Source: Azolla caroliniana (lineage: Eukaryota > Plantae > Polypodiophyta). From it: a DNA stretch of 64,000 nucleotides. Numbering within the stretch: position 1 is the first letter of the stretch; every line of letters starts with the position of its first letter. Location: assembly GCA_043228905.1 (NCBI GenBank), contig JBHGNT010000014.1:17050001-17114000 (forward strand), given 5' to 3'. Below the pieces are notes generated by a model. That model saw only the letters and a program-made list of their open reading frames with translations. It ran no database searches and was not told the origin of the DNA. Of the stretch, positions 48,178 through 60,887 are shown piece after piece. The position numbers and the translations under genes are program-made.

Positions 48178-51100
48178 GCGTGAGAAAATCGGCCCACCGA
48201 GCTTGATGTCGATTTTACACACGAGCGTCTTGAAAATAGGCGAGGTTTTTGTGGTCACTGAATACAGTGACTTGATGAGAAGATCCCTCTAGAAAATGCC
48301 TCCATTGCATAAAAGAGTCCACTATATCCAATAGCTCTTTATCAAGAATTTCATAGTTGATTTCGGCGGCGTCAAACTTGCGTGAGTGAAAAGCCACAGG
48401 ATGTAGCTTTTCATCATTACCTCGTTGTGATAGAATGCTCCCCAATGCAAAATCCGATGCGTCTGCTTCGATGATGAATGGTTTTTCTGGATCAACGTGA
48501 GCTAGAATTGGAGCCGATGTAAATGCATGTTTAAGATTCTCAAAAGCCATGTCCACTTCTTCAGACCAAACGAACGATTGTCCCTTCCTAGTAAGTTGTG
48601 TAAGAGGCAAAACGAGCTTTGAGTAATCCTTTATAAACTTCCGGTATAAATTGGCAAAGCCTAGAAAGCATTGCACATCCCCCACCGAACGTGGAGTCTG
48701 CCATTATACCACCGTTTTGACCTTAGTTGGGTCCATGGAGATGCCTTCTGAGGAAATGACATAGCCGAGAAATTCCACTTGGTTGCACCTGAAACTACAT
48801 TTTTCCAGCTTTGCATAAAGACTATGTTCTCGAAGTCGTTTTAGTACTAACAGTACATGAGAATCATGCTCTTCTTAGGTCTTTGAGTAAACCAGTAGAT
48901 CATCCAAATAGATGATTAGACACACATCCAAGAGATCTCAGAAAATATCATTTGCCATGTGCTGGAAGACTGTTGGCGCATTAGTGAGGCTGAACGGCAT
49001 GACCGTATACTCGAAGTGACCATATCTGGTGCGGAACGCGGTCTTCCATTCATCTCCTGGTCGGATCCGTACGAGGTTATAGGCTCCCCTCCCCGTAAGT
49101 CAATCTTCGTGAAGAACCTGGCACCATTGATCCGTTCTAAAAGACTTGAGATAAGGGGGAGTGCATACCTATTTCGGATTGTAACCTTATTCAAGCCACG
49201 GTAATCTACAACGAGACGAAGTGAGCCATCCTTTTTCTTGACGAAGAAAATGGGTGCGCCGGTCAGAGATTTCGAATGTCGTATGAAACCATTCTCCAAA
49301 TTCTCCTCTATATAGGCTCGAAGGACTTCCAGTTCGGTTGGTGACAGATTGTAGATCGGTTCCCATGGTGGCTCTTTCCCCAGTTGTAAATCGATGGGGC
49401 AATCATATGGTCGATGGTGAGGAAGCGTATTGGCTTGTACTTTATCAAACACATCGGCATAATGACGATACTTCTCTGGAAGTTGAACCATGGATTCTTC
49501 TTGGTTTTACTGATATTGCGAAGAGCAACATTTCTTCCTTGCGTCCTTCCTTACGCAACTGATGTAGTGAAATTGTTGCAATCTCATGCCTTCATTGCAC
49601 CATGGTGAGTCTTCGCTGATGCAACCCACTGGTCGAAGTCGCTTCGTCCCCGTCCTCCATATGCCTGCAAGAGCGCCTCTTCAAAGGCCTCCCACGAACT
49701 ATGAGCTTCTCGGAGCTCCTTCACTTCCACGTGCATACAGGCGGCAACGACCCGATAGAAGAACTCTAGCCTCAACGCATCGTCCACGTCTCGCTCCTCC
49801 ATTTTTGCATTGTAGGCTTCCAAGTAGAATGGGACTTTGTCCACGTTGAAACAGCTGACTCTTTCGACCACTCACTCAATAGCTTGTTGTGTCGCTTCCC
49901 ATCTCACCACCACTCGTCTGAACTCCAACACCACTTCGGCCACTATCTCCGCGAAGTCACCGTCTTTCGACTCCATCCTCCCTTGCCGCCCTTTCACGTC
50001 TGGTTCACCAATGATGTTGCAGTATTTTGCGGGTACATGTAGGAAGGGGTGGGACCATGAGGGTCTCAGACGAGGAAGAGATGGGTGTCGAGAAGCCTAT
50101 TTCTCTCCAGTCCTGGCTGTAGTGGTTGTGGCACAAACCGGAGCAACTCCGGATGCGTACCGGAACAAGAGAGAGGAAGAGAGAGAGAGAGACCATGTGC
50201 GCAACACCGACTCAACACACGCTTCTTATGTATAGGAAACAAAGGGAGAGAAACACACATGACACCAACAGAGACACAAATGTGCACAACCTTTTATGTA
50301 TATAAATACAGGAGCAAGATACAACTCCGGCATCGAGCCGGAGTGAGGTAGGTTAGGTCACAACTGCAGTCTGCCGCCAAGCCACCGATCAGGGAGTTCT
50401 CGGGCTCGTCACGCCGAGCGGGGTCTTGCACAAGAGACAAGGCAGAAGCCTAAACCCCTTTAGTAATATGAGCTCCTAACCGGACTAAACCCTAAACAAC
50501 ACGAAGACTCAGTCCACACGACGACGAAGGAGAAGACCTCCAAGAAACCCTAACAGAAATTAAGAAAATGAAGAAGAAGAAGAAGGCCACCAAAATGAAA
50601 CCCTAAAACGATAAGAATAAGAGGAAACTGTCTAGCCCTAAATCTAACGGTATACCCTCCTAACTCAAAATGGGCAACCCCTTTACAAAGGGTGCTCCCT
50701 TCCTTTTATAGAACAAGGAGAGGGATGCGTAAAAATGTGGGATAAATCCCTTATTACATGGGATCCTCTGTCCCGAATTAACTACTGTCCGGCGCCATAA
50801 TGGCGCCCCTATCATTTACACAATTTGTACAAGGGTGAGTGCATATGCTCCACCCCGCCGATTCTTCCGATATTCCCCGGTTTCTCACCATGGCCCCGAA
50901 TCTTCACGACAATGGGCCTAACTGGCCTACGTTTGCGCTCTTCTCCCACTCCTTCTCCTTCTCTCTCTCTTGCTCCTCGGTTTAGGGCCCCCGCGGTCCC
51001 ACCTTATTTCCTACGCGAAAGCGGGAAAACATGACATTATTTGGTGAACCTGACATGAAACGAGGTGGCAGAGGAGTCGCAGATGAGGGGATCAGAGCTC

Positions 51101-54100
51101 GCTGAAGGCATGGAGGCAGCAGTCGATCGGATAGTTAGTGCTCGTGATGGCATGGGCGCCCTCGACAGGGCCATTGAAGGAATTGTCGGCACAATAGGCC
51201 GGTTCGGTGGGAAGAACGCCACAAGCTATTTGGTTTCCTACCAAGCCGAGATGGTGATGAGGGACATTCCGGTAGACAGGCGGCAACACCGGGCATTCAC
51301 ACGGAAGTGCTCAAGGTGCAGGCTAGATGTCGGATCTGGGAAGAGTTCAAGGGGCGGCTCCTCGAAAGGTACAGCCTCGATGACGCGGTTCAGCTATCGA
51401 AGCAAGATTTCATGGATTGGGTGGAGACCCCCAGAAAGGGGAGGAATGCATCGACGCTTCTCCGGAAGTTTGAAGAACGCTTCACCCGGCTCTCAGCACT
51501 GGATAGAGCTGTGCTGGACTCGAGTTGTGTCTAGTTGTTTGTCAAAACCATGGATGCGCAGGATTGGGACCAGGTGGGTGTCTTGCTGGAGACGGATGAT
51601 GGGTTGATGGCCGATTGAACTGTGGTAAAGAGAGTTTGTGGCCGTTTTGAAAAACGGCGTGAATGGGGTGATGAAGGATTGTCGACGGCGAGACCCATCC
51701 CGGCAAGGAAGTTCAATGAGCCTTTGACGGCACAAAAGGAGGAAGGAAACCTGGGATTGGCTCGAGACGGGCTTGACCTCGACCGGCGTGGTCAAGGGTT
51801 CATCCGGAGGAGCGACTCTTGAGTTGCTAACACAAATGGTGCGCGATCTATAGATTGCGTAGGCCCGGAGGGACAGTGGAGGGCAGCCACACGACCGAAG
51901 GCCACCGGTTGGACAACGATGTATGTGGTGCTACACAGTCAGACACAGCTGATGAGACTACGTGGAGTTTGCCGAGGCCCTCAGGGGTAATGTGGTGTAC
52001 CTGTGGAATGGTCGGGTGCACGCTGGTGATACCCGGAGTGTCGTGGAGACAAATTTCGGGCGCGACGGGATGAAGCGGTTAATGGAAGAAGCAGAGTCGC
52101 CCCATGCAGAGGTCGTCCATTATTTGGCATCGGCCGGAATCCGGGTAGGAGGTAACGAAGACCGGAAAAAAAAAGACTTTGGCTTCTAGCCCTTTGTGCT
52201 AGAAGGCTTCTCTGACGCACGACTGAAGAGGGAAGAAGCGGACCGCGCAGAGCAGCGGGTCCGGGAGGTCACCGGGTGGGACGACCCGGTAGAGGAGAAG
52301 ATCGGTTTCGTGGAACCTGCGTGGATGATAAGAGGGCAGGGAAGGCCGGTGGGACCACGGCGCTGAATCGGTACGAGACCCAGTTCGGGCCGAAGAGGAA
52401 TGAAGCCGGCAATTCTGGCATGACAGACAAAGCAAAGCCAACCGACTACCGCATGGGCACCGAAATCGAAAGGACGACGGACCTGCGGAAGGTCCTCGAG
52501 GAGCGGATTCTCGACAGCAAGGTGGAGTTGTCACTGAGGGAGGTGCTTGGGATCACCAAGAAGGAGTTCCACGATTCCATCGTGGACTTGGTGAAGCGTA
52601 AATGGCTCTCGACGGAGCCGGAGCCGGAGAAGCCAGTGGAGGTGCGAACAACACACCTGGAGGATGTGGCCCTGGAAGATGAGTTGGCGGAGAGCCACTA
52701 TTCGAAGTTGCATTGGGCAAGGGTTACTACGGAAACCCCTGTTCGAGTTGTGGACGTCCAGGAGCCGCTAGTGGTGTTGATCGACCACGGGTCGGAGATA
52801 AATCTGATGTCTATGGACTTCTATAAGAAAGGCAATTGGCCGATCAAGACCAAGCACGGGTGGAAGATACGCGCGGCGACACGTGCCACGGAGGAGCTGC
52901 ATGGGGCTTGCCCGAATGTACATGTGAAAATCGGAGATGTCGAGGTTGATCAACACTTCTTCGTGCAGGAGACATCCTTGTACCTGGTGATACTCGGCGA
53001 ACCGTACATTATGGCGGCACGTATGGAGACAAAGGTGTTGGATAATTGTTCAACGTACGCACGTGTGGAAAGGCAAGATGGGTGGCACTCCATCCAATTT
53101 TTGACAGTGCGACCGAACCATGAGCGTAACCAAGGGGAGTTTTAGAGAGGGTTGTCAAGGCGTGGGGTCGTGATAGTCCGGACACTTTGGCAGAACCCCA
53201 CAAGTGTACTATAGGTAGGAAGTTTTGGGTCTCCGACAACGGAGGATGTACGATAGCCGGCGTCGGTGGCCGGGAGAAGAAGAGGGCCGAGAAACGCTTC
53301 AGAGAGTGTGGAGTCCTCCACCCTGACGAAGAAATCAACAACACCGTGGAGGAGGTCTCTTTCGACGACACCTTGGGGGAAATGGGAAAGGTGATCGATG
53401 AAGGCCTCAGTGAAGACCAAGTGATTCCGGTCAACTCGGTGGAGATGTACAAAGTCATTGACAACTTCGGGGAAAGATTCAGGTCGGATCGGACGGCCTA
53501 CATAGATACAAAATACAAGACTGTGGACCGGAAGGTGAGGCCAGTCGCAGCTCCCTTGCCGGAGGGCAACGGGGAGCTGAGAAAGGGGGTCGCGTCGGAC
53601 CCAAGTTTACGAAATCCGGCCGACATAGGACACCGGTTCACCGACATAATGCTACGGGAGCTCAAGGTCGGTGGGGGTGGCTTCCTACTGCCAGCGGAGG
53701 AGGAGAGGTCTCGGAGAATCCTCGAAAGGCACGTGAAGGCCTTCGCATTCGCGCCGGGGGAGATTGGGTGCGTAGACCCGACAATTGTGGAACCAATGAT
53801 GATCTTCACGGTACCGCATGTGTCATGGAATCTCAAGCCGATTCCGGTACCCAGAGCTCACATCCCGAGGTTGATGGAGCTGTTGAAGCAAAAGGTGGAG
53901 ATGGGCATCCTTGAGCCGTCGAGTGCCCCATATTCGAATCGGTGGTTTACCGTGCCGAAGAAGAACGACACGCTACGCTTCATTCAGGACCTGCTGCCAG
54001 TCAACAAGGTGACCATCCGGAACGCGGGTATCGGACCGACCATTGACAAATTCGCGGAGGCCTTTGTCGGAAGGTCGATCTATTCGGTCGAGGATCTGTA

Positions 54101-55551
54101 CATAGGGTACAATCAGTTTCAACTAGCCGCAAAAAGCAGGGACATTACGACAATGCGAACACCACTCGGCTTAGTGCGGATGTGTACCCTGCCGCAAGGA
54201 GGGACGAACTCGGTGGGACACATTGTGAATGCAATGAATAAGGTGTTGAGGGATTGCATCCCGGACATCACCATGCCATTCTTGAATGATATCCTGATAA
54301 AAGGGTGCGCGGTGGAAGAGAAGGATGAGTTGGTCGGGCTGGACGATTGCCGAAGATTCGTAGTGGACCACATCGGCGACTACGAGAAGGTGCTTCAGAG
54401 ACTTGAGGACGTGCGGCTCATCTTCTCCGAAGAGAAATCGGCTTTCGGGCAGTTGGAGATCGTAGTGGTCGGGCACTTGTGTGGGCCTTACGGCCGGAAG
54501 CTATCTCCGGCAAAGGTAGAAGCCATCTCCGCGATGAAGGAAGAATGCAAGTCGGTTACGGAGGTGTGGAGGTTCCTAGGCGCGTGCGCATTCTACCATA
54601 TTTGGATTCCGCATTACGCACACATCGTGGGGCCGCTCTATGGGTTGCTAAAGAAGGGGCATAAATTTGAGTGGGGCGAGGAGCATGCGGAGTTGGTTCG
54701 TAGACTAAAGGAGGCGCTAACCGCGGCACCGGCACTTCGAAAAGCGGTTTACGGCAAGGACGTCCCAGTTTACATTACAGTGGACACGAGCCCGACCGGA
54801 ATAGGATGGGTGGTCAACCAAAAGGAAGAAATTGGCACCAGGTTCCCCATCCGGTTTGGAGCGAAGGTGCTGAGTGAGCGATAGTGAGGATACGCCCAAG
54901 TTAAACACGAACTCTGGGGTATCGTTTTGATAGTAAATGTCGAAAAAGACAACTTGATCGAAACGGAGGTGATAATCGAGACGGACTGCCTACCGATCCT
55001 TGGTATGGTTTCCAGACGTGCAACGCTAGATCTAGCAATGCTCAGGTGGATCGTGTACATTAAGTCTTTGAACCCGAAGATACGGCACATCTCCGGTAAA
55101 GACAACGTCATGGCCGACATGCTTTCTAGAACACGATTCAACGACGAGGACAACATTGTTTCAGAGGACGAAGAAGTCGGCGTAGACTTCTTCGAGTCGG
55201 CTTACGTGACAACAAGGGCGGGGAGCACTCCGGCGCTTAACGAGTTCAACGAAGGGGAGTACGACGGGGAGTGGCTCCAGATCGGCAGGTTCCTGAAAAC
55301 AATGGCGCCGGACAAGACATGTACAAGGGAAGAGGCTAACCAGATGCAGAAGAAGGCGTACCGTTTCTTCCTGAGGGATGGGAGCATATGGAGGCACCCA
55401 AAGAAGTGAGGTGGTGTCCCACTCCGCATAGTGGCAGGAAAGGCAGAGCGAGAGGGGTTGCTAGCGGTGTACCATGAGAGTCCCTGGGCCGGACACCGCG
55501 GGACATGGGCCACATTCAAAAAGCCAAAGGAGAAGTATTGGTGGTCGGGGC

Positions 55552-58500
55552 TGTTGTGGATTGACGCTTTTCAAACCTTCACCTCTCGGCCACAACCGAG
55601 GAAACACGGATCAATGCAGCAGTAAATAGAAAACACAGAGAGAGACTCGAATGCACAGGGTTTATCGTGGAAAACCCTAGACGGGAAAAACCACGGGAGT
55701 GCAAGACTCCAACTATTAGTATACGCAGTGAATGTACAATGGCGAGCTGCAAGGCGACGACCTTGAGCTCGCTGTCCTCGCCACAGGCGGCGGTATTACA
55801 CAGAGGCGTCGACCTCTTCCTTTCTCTCTCTCTCTCTCTTTCTCGGCTGTTCTCACTTCGCTCCCTCTAAGTGGAAAACAGAAAAATGAGCAACAACAAA
55901 ACAACTGTTTGCCCTAAGTCATATTTATACACATATGACTTTCAGGCTATTTACAAATATAGCCTCAAGGGCCCTTGGCAAACATATTCACAAATATGTC
56001 CCCGCATCCGGATCTCTCTCCGGGTACATTCGTCATCCGGCTCCGTAGCCGGGGTCTTCATCATCCGGCTTCATGCCGGGTACTCTTCATCCTCCGGTTC
56101 CGTAACCGCAACCGGGCTTGCCGTCATTTATCTCCGGACATCCCATCCGGAGGGACTGAAATCCCAACAAACTCCCCCTTCACTTCGGCATGGGATGTCT
56201 CTCCAATCCGATCCTCTTTCGGCATGCTTCCAGCTTGTCGGGTGTGAGCACCTTGGTCAGCATATCTGACCCGTTCTCGTCCGTGTGGATCTTCGTCAGC
56301 ACGAACTCCTGGTCTTCTATCCTTTCCCAGATCCAGTGGTATCTACGCTGGATGTGTTTCGTCCGGGAATGGTAGGCAGCGTTCTTTGCAAGGTGGATGG
56401 CACTCTGACTGTCGCAGTAGAGTCGGTACTCCTCCTGCCGGATACCGAGCTCTCTAATGAAGTCCTTCATCCATATCATTTCCTTGCCGGCTTCAACAGC
56501 CGCCATGTACTCCGCCTCCGTGGTTGACAGTGCAACCGTCTTCTGCAGCCTCGCCTGCCACGAAACAGCTCCCCCTGCATACGTCATCACATACCCTGAT
56601 GTGGACCGGCTGGTATCTGCATCAGCCGACATATCCGAATCGGTAAAGCCGTCGAGTTCGGGCTTACCGGAGCCGAATCGGAGGCACACGTTTGCCGTGC
56701 CCTTCAGGTATCGGAGTATCCACTTGACCGCGTTCCAGTGCTCCTTGCCGGGATTGCTCATGTACCGGCTCACCACTCCGACTGCATATCCTATGTCCGG
56801 TCTGGTACACACCATTGCGTACATCAAGCTTCCGACGGCAGAGGCATATGGTACTTTCATCATGTCCTCCTTCTCAGCCTTTGTCTTGGGGCTTTGCTTG
56901 CTGGACATCTTGCAGTTTGCCGGGAGGGTTGACCCGACCGGTCTTGCTTCCGACATGTTGAACCGGTGAAGCACCTTTGTCACGTACTTCTCCTGTGACA
57001 GCCACAACTGCTTCTTCTTCCGGTCCCGGATGATGTGCATCCCTAGTATTTGCCTCGCTGGACCCAGGTTCTTCATTGAGAAGGTTCGGTGAAGCGCTTT
57101 CTTCAGCATCCGTATCTTGACCTGGTCCCGTCCGACGATCAACATGTCGTCCACGTACAGGAGGAGTATTAGAAAGTCTCCTCCTTCGAACTTCTTCACA
57201 AACACGCAGTGATCGGACTGCGTTTTGTGGTACCCTTCGTCGGTCATAAAAGAGTCGAACTTCCGATACCATTGCCGGGGAGCCTGCTTCAGTCCGTAAA
57301 GGCTCTTCTTCAACCGGCATACCAGGTGCTCCTTCCCTTTCTTCTCGAATCCTTCCGGTTGCTGCATGTAGATCTCTTCTTCGAGGTCACCGTGAAGGAA
57401 TGCCGTCTTCACGTCCATCTGTTCTACCTCAAGGTCCATGCTTGCCGCTATGCTCAGCACCGTCCGGATGGAGGTCATCTTCACTACCGGGGCAAATATC
57501 TCGTCGAAGTCGACGCCCTTCTTCTGCAGGAACCCCTTCACCACGATCCTGGCTTTGTATCTCGGGGGGTTTCCGGCATCTCCCGGTTTCAGCTTGAACA
57601 CCCACTTGTTTCGAAGTGCCCGCTTTCCTTTCGGCAACTCCACAAGTTCATATGTGTGGTTCTCATGCAGGGAATCCATTTCCTCTTGCATGGCACTTAA
57701 CCACCTGCGGCTATGGGTGTCAAGCTTTGCTTCTTCAAAACTCTCCGGCTCCCCTTCGTCGGTTAGCAGCACGTGCTCTGGTTCCGGAAATCTCCGGGGG
57801 GCCCTTCTCTCTCTTAGAGGATATCTCCGTTCCGGAGCTTCGGTAACCGGCTCCTCCGTTTCCTCTTCATCTGAATCCATTTCGGGATCGGTGCCGGTTC
57901 CGGTATCAGTTTCATCTTCCTCGGCCGGTTCTGTTTCTTCACCGTCTTCGGCCGGATCCTCGAGTGCTAACCGGTCCCTTGCCGGTCGGGACTGCTCCTC
58001 GTAGAGTTGATCCTCACCGGTCGACTTGGAGCTCTTCATCTTCTTCTCCGACTCCCAGTCGGCGAGTGTCTTGTCCTCCATGAAGATGATATCATGACTC
58101 CGGAATATCTTTTTGTCGACCGGGTCCCATACTCGGTAGCCGAACTCGTCATCGCCGTAACCGAGGAATATGCATGGCCGGGTCTTTGGATCTAGCTTTC
58201 CTCTCCGGTCCTTTGCCACATGCACATATGCGAGACACCCGAACACCTTCAGATGCCGGTAGGATACTTCCCTACCGGTCCACACTCTCTGCGGCGTGTC
58301 TCCGTCCAAAGGTACTGAGGGTGATCTGTTTATCACGTATGTCGCCGTCGACATTGCCTCAGCCCAAAACCCCTTGGGTAATTTCGCATGCGCCAGCATA
58401 CTCCGGACCCTCTCCATTATGGTCCGGTTCATCCTCTCGGCCAGCCCGTTCAGTTCTGGCGTCTTCGGCACAGTAAACTCGAGCCGGATTCCCTTCGAGC

Positions 58501-60887
58501 GACAGTACTCCTCGAACTGCCCCCGGTATTCCCCTCCGTTATCCGCTCGTATCGCTTTCAGCTTCTTGCCGGATTCCCTTTCCACTCTCGCGTGGAGTTC
58601 TTTGAAGACGCGCAACACTTGGTCCTTTGTCTTCAACGGTGCCGTCCACAGCTTCCGGCTATGGTCATCAATGAATGTCACGAAGTACTGGGCTCCGCCA
58701 TGTGACTTCGTTTCTACTTGACACACGTCAGTGTGCACCAACTCCAGTGGTGCGCTACGTCTCGTCGGTGGCCTTGAGTGGAAGGAGGTTCGGTTCTGCT
58801 TACCGGCCAGGCAATCGATGCACTTCTCCAGGTGCACATGCTTCACTGGAATAAGGTTGTCTTCTGCAAGCCTCTTCGTCCCCTTCTCACTCATGTGGCA
58901 CAGTCTCTTGTGCCACAGCTCACCGGCAGTGTCGGCTGCCACGTTCAACTCCTCCGGACACAACCAGGCACTCATAAGGTACAGTGTGTTGACTTTCCGG
59001 GCCCGAGCCACTATCAGGCTCCCCTTGCTGAACTTCATTTCGCCGTTCCGGATGCTACCTGTGTAGCCTTCATCGTCTAGCCTCCCGGCCGAAATCAAGT
59101 TCAATCGAACCTCCGGAACGTGTTGGACATCCTTCAGCAACATTTTGCATCCGGTCAAGGTTGTCAACCACACGTCTCCTATGCCGGCAATCCGGCACGT
59201 ACCTTCATTTCCCATCCGAACACAGCCATGCTCACCGGCTGTGTAGGATGAGAAGTATCTTCTTTCCAGGGTCAGGTGGAACGACGCTCCGGAATCCACC
59301 ACCCAGGTAGTCTCATCGCCGGCAATGTTCAGTTCACCTTCTTCGGTGATGAGCATGATCTCCTCTTCACTTGCCGCGAGTGCCGTCGTTCCTTTCCGGT
59401 CCTGCCCTCGCCGATCCGAACCATTCCGGTCCGTGGCTCCCCGGTAAGCACCGTTCCGTTCCGAAGACCTCTTCGAATCGGTGTCGTCGGCTCCGTTGTC
59501 TTTTCGGTAATGCCGACAGTTCTTTCGAAAGTGCCCCGGCTTCCCACAGTGGAAGCATGTGGGCCTTCCTCTTGACTGCGACCGGGTCCCCGACTTCTCC
59601 CGTCTTTGCGGACTCCGGTTCCGTTGTCTTCCCCGATCCGATTCGGTAAGCAGCATCTTCGGATCGGAGGCCGGTTCTTTATCTCTCCGACGCGCTTCTT
59701 CGTTCAAAATGCTTGTCTTTACCGTTTGTAAGGACAAGTTATCTTCGGTGCAGGAGGTGCTGAGAGTCACCACCAAGTTCTCCCAGCTTTCCGGCAATGT
59801 ACACATCAGGATGATGGCTTGCATTGCATCCTCCAACGGGAACTTGATCGCCGCAAGCTGGTTCACGAATCCCATGAACGTGCTTATGTGTTCCACCATA
59901 CTCTCACCGTCCCGGTACTTGAGGTTCACTATCTTCCTCATCAGGGAGGTCCGGTTCAACGCATTCTTCCTCTCGTAGAGGCCCGACAGCTTCCGCCACA
60001 TCTCATATGCGTTGGTGTCGTTCGCCACATGTTGTAGAACGCTCACGTCGACGTATTGCCGAATGGTTGCAACGGCTTTCCGGTTCAGAAGCCTCCATTC
60101 CGTCTCAAGTACCCCCTTGGGTATTTCCGACCTGTCGATCGGTTCATACAGGTCCCGAACAATGAGCAGATCCTCCATCTTTATCTTCCAGTCGGCGTAG
60201 TTCTGCGCATTCAGCACCATCATCCCCGGCTGCCCGCTGCTGCCGCCTTCCATTTTCTGCACTGCAGTCGCTCTGATACCAGATTGTTGTGTATTGACGC
60301 TTTTCAAACCTTCACCTCTCGGCCACAACCGAGGAAACACGGATCAATGCAGCAGTAAATAGAAAACACAGAGAGAGACTCGAATGCACAGGGTTTATCG
60401 TGGAAAACCCTAGACGGGAAAAACCACAGGAGTGCAAGACTCCAACTATTAGTATACGTAGTGAATGTACAATGGCGAGTTGCAAGGAGACGACCTTGAG
60501 CTCGCTGTCCTCGCCACAGGAGGCGGTATTACACAGAGGCGTCGACCTCTTCCTTTCTCTCTCTCTCTCTTTCTCGGCTGTTCTCACTTCGCTCCCTCTA
60601 AGTGGAAAACAGAAAAATGAGCAACAACAAAACAACTGTTTGCCCTAAGTCATATTTATACACATATGACTTTCGGGCTATTTACAAATATAGCCTCAAG
60701 GGCCCTTGGCAAACATATTCACAAATATGTCCCCGCATCCGGATCTCTCTCCGGGTACATTCGTCATCCGGCTCCGTAGCCGGGGTCTTCATCATCCGGC
60801 TTCATGCCGGGTACTCTTCATCCTCCGGTTCCGTAACCGCAACCGGGCTTGCCGTCATTTATCTCCGGACATCCCATCCGGAGGGAC
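55552..60887 (-). mobile_element. Young Tnt1/Tork-like copia (Copia-2) with intact ORF, inserted in the E1 integrase
   Basis: 3' LTR 55552-56169. PPT 56170-56184. Perfect tRNA-iMet PBS (GCTCTGATACCA at 60270-60281). 5' LTR 60285-60887 lacks its terminal 13 bp. About 7 LTR-LTR substitutions by eye. Confidence 0.97.
56180..60253 (-). CDS. Intact copia Gag-Pol polyprotein (~1357 aa from the ATG at 60253)
   Basis: Single stop-free ORF with CCHC knuckle, DSG protease, HHCC/DDE integrase, YVDD RT and RNase H. Confidence 0.95.
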   Translation of the reverse strand: MEGGSSGQPGMMVLNAQNYADWKIKMEDLLIVRDLYEPIDRSEIPKGVLETEWRLLNRKAVATIRQYVDVSVLQHVANDTNAYEMWRKLSGLYERKNALNRTSLMRKIVNLKYRDGESMVEHISTFMGFVNQLAAIKFPLEDAMQAIILMCTLPESWENLVVTLSTSCTEDNLSLQTVKTSILNEEARRRDKEPASDPKMLLTESDRGRQRNRSPQRREKSGTRSQSRGRPTCFHCGKPGHFRKNCRHYRKDNGADDTDSKRSSERNGAYRGATDRNGSDRRGQDRKGTTALAASEEEIMLITEEGELNIAGDETTWVVDSGASFHLTLERRYFSSYTAGEHGCVRMGNEGTCRIAGIGDVWLTTLTGCKMLLKDVQHVPEVRLNLISAGRLDDEGYTGSIRNGEMKFSKGSLIVARARKVNTLYLMSAWLCPEELNVAADTAGELWHKRLCHMSEKGTKRLAEDNLIPVKHVHLEKCIDCLAGKQNRTSFHSRPPTRRSAPLELVHTDVCQVETKSHGGAQYFVTFIDDHSRKLWTAPLKTKDQVLRVFKELHARVERESGKKLKAIRADNGGEYRGQFEEYCRSKGIRLEFTVPKTPELNGLAERMNRTIMERVRSMLAHAKLPKGFWAEAMSTATYVINRSPSVPLDGDTPQRVWTGREVSYRHLKVFGCLAYVHVAKDRRGKLDPKTRPCIFLGYGDDEFGYRVWDPVDKKIFRSHDIIFMEDKTLADWESEKKMKSSKSTGEDQLYEEQSRPARDRLALEDPAEDGEETEPAEEDETDTGTGTDPEMDSDEEETEEPVTEAPERRYPLRERRAPRRFPEPEHVLLTDEGEPESFEEAKLDTHSRRWLSAMQEEMDSLHENHTYELVELPKGKRALRNKWVFKLKPGDAGNPPRYKARIVVKGFLQKKGVDFDEIFAPVVKMTSIRTVLSIAASMDLEVEQMDVKTAFLHGDLEEEIYMQQPEGFEKKGKEHLVCRLKKSLYGLKQAPRQWYRKFDSFMTDEGYHKTQSDHCVFVKKFEGGDFLILLLYVDDMLIVGRDQVKIRMLKKALHRTFSMKNLGPARQILGMHIIRDRKKKQLWLSQEKYVTKVLHRFNMSEARPVGSTLPANCKMSSKQSPKTKAEKEDMMKVPYASAVGSLMYAMVCTRPDIGYAVGVVSRYMSNPGKEHWNAVKWILRYLKGTANVCLRFGSGKPELDGFTDSDMSADADTSRSTSGYVMTYAGGAVSWQARLQKTVALSTTEAEYMAAVEAGKEMIWMKDFIRELGIRQEEYRLYCDSQSAIHLAKNAAYHSRTKHIQRRYHWIWERIEDQEFVLTKIHTDENGSDMLTKVLTPDKLEACRKRIGLERHPMPK

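Larger units (their letters stand above)
32006..49590 (-). mobile_element. 5'-truncated chromovirus (Tcn1/Tf2-like Ty3/gypsy): RT-RNase H-INT-chromodomain plus 3' LTR, interrupted by elements C and D
   Basis: RT ([22 protein letters not shown]) and RH (EADASDFALG) at 48182-49590. An 84-bp piece at 41141-41224. INT and chromodomain (EYEVAAILDS..YYLVDWLGY..TWE) at 32476-34089. The frame rejoins as [53 protein letters not shown]. LTR ~32006-32475. Confidence 0.9.
23547..50911 (-). mobile_element. Element A: divergent, deleted or non-autonomous Trp-primed gypsy relative inserted in the E1 5' LTR
   Basis: 5' LTR 50015-50911. 3' LTR 23547-23554 plus 29867-~30688 (truncated). PBS TGGTGAACCAGACGTGA (rc of 49994-50010). 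Short gag remnant at ~49584-49980. TSD ACGG / ATGG. The E1 LTR rejoins across it. Confidence 0.8.

Noticed and set aside
60254-60340. 29-aa N-terminal extension of the 1386-aa ORF
   Set aside because: It begins at a non-ATG codon inside the LTR/PBS. The first ATG (60253) aligns with the Copia-1 Gag start.
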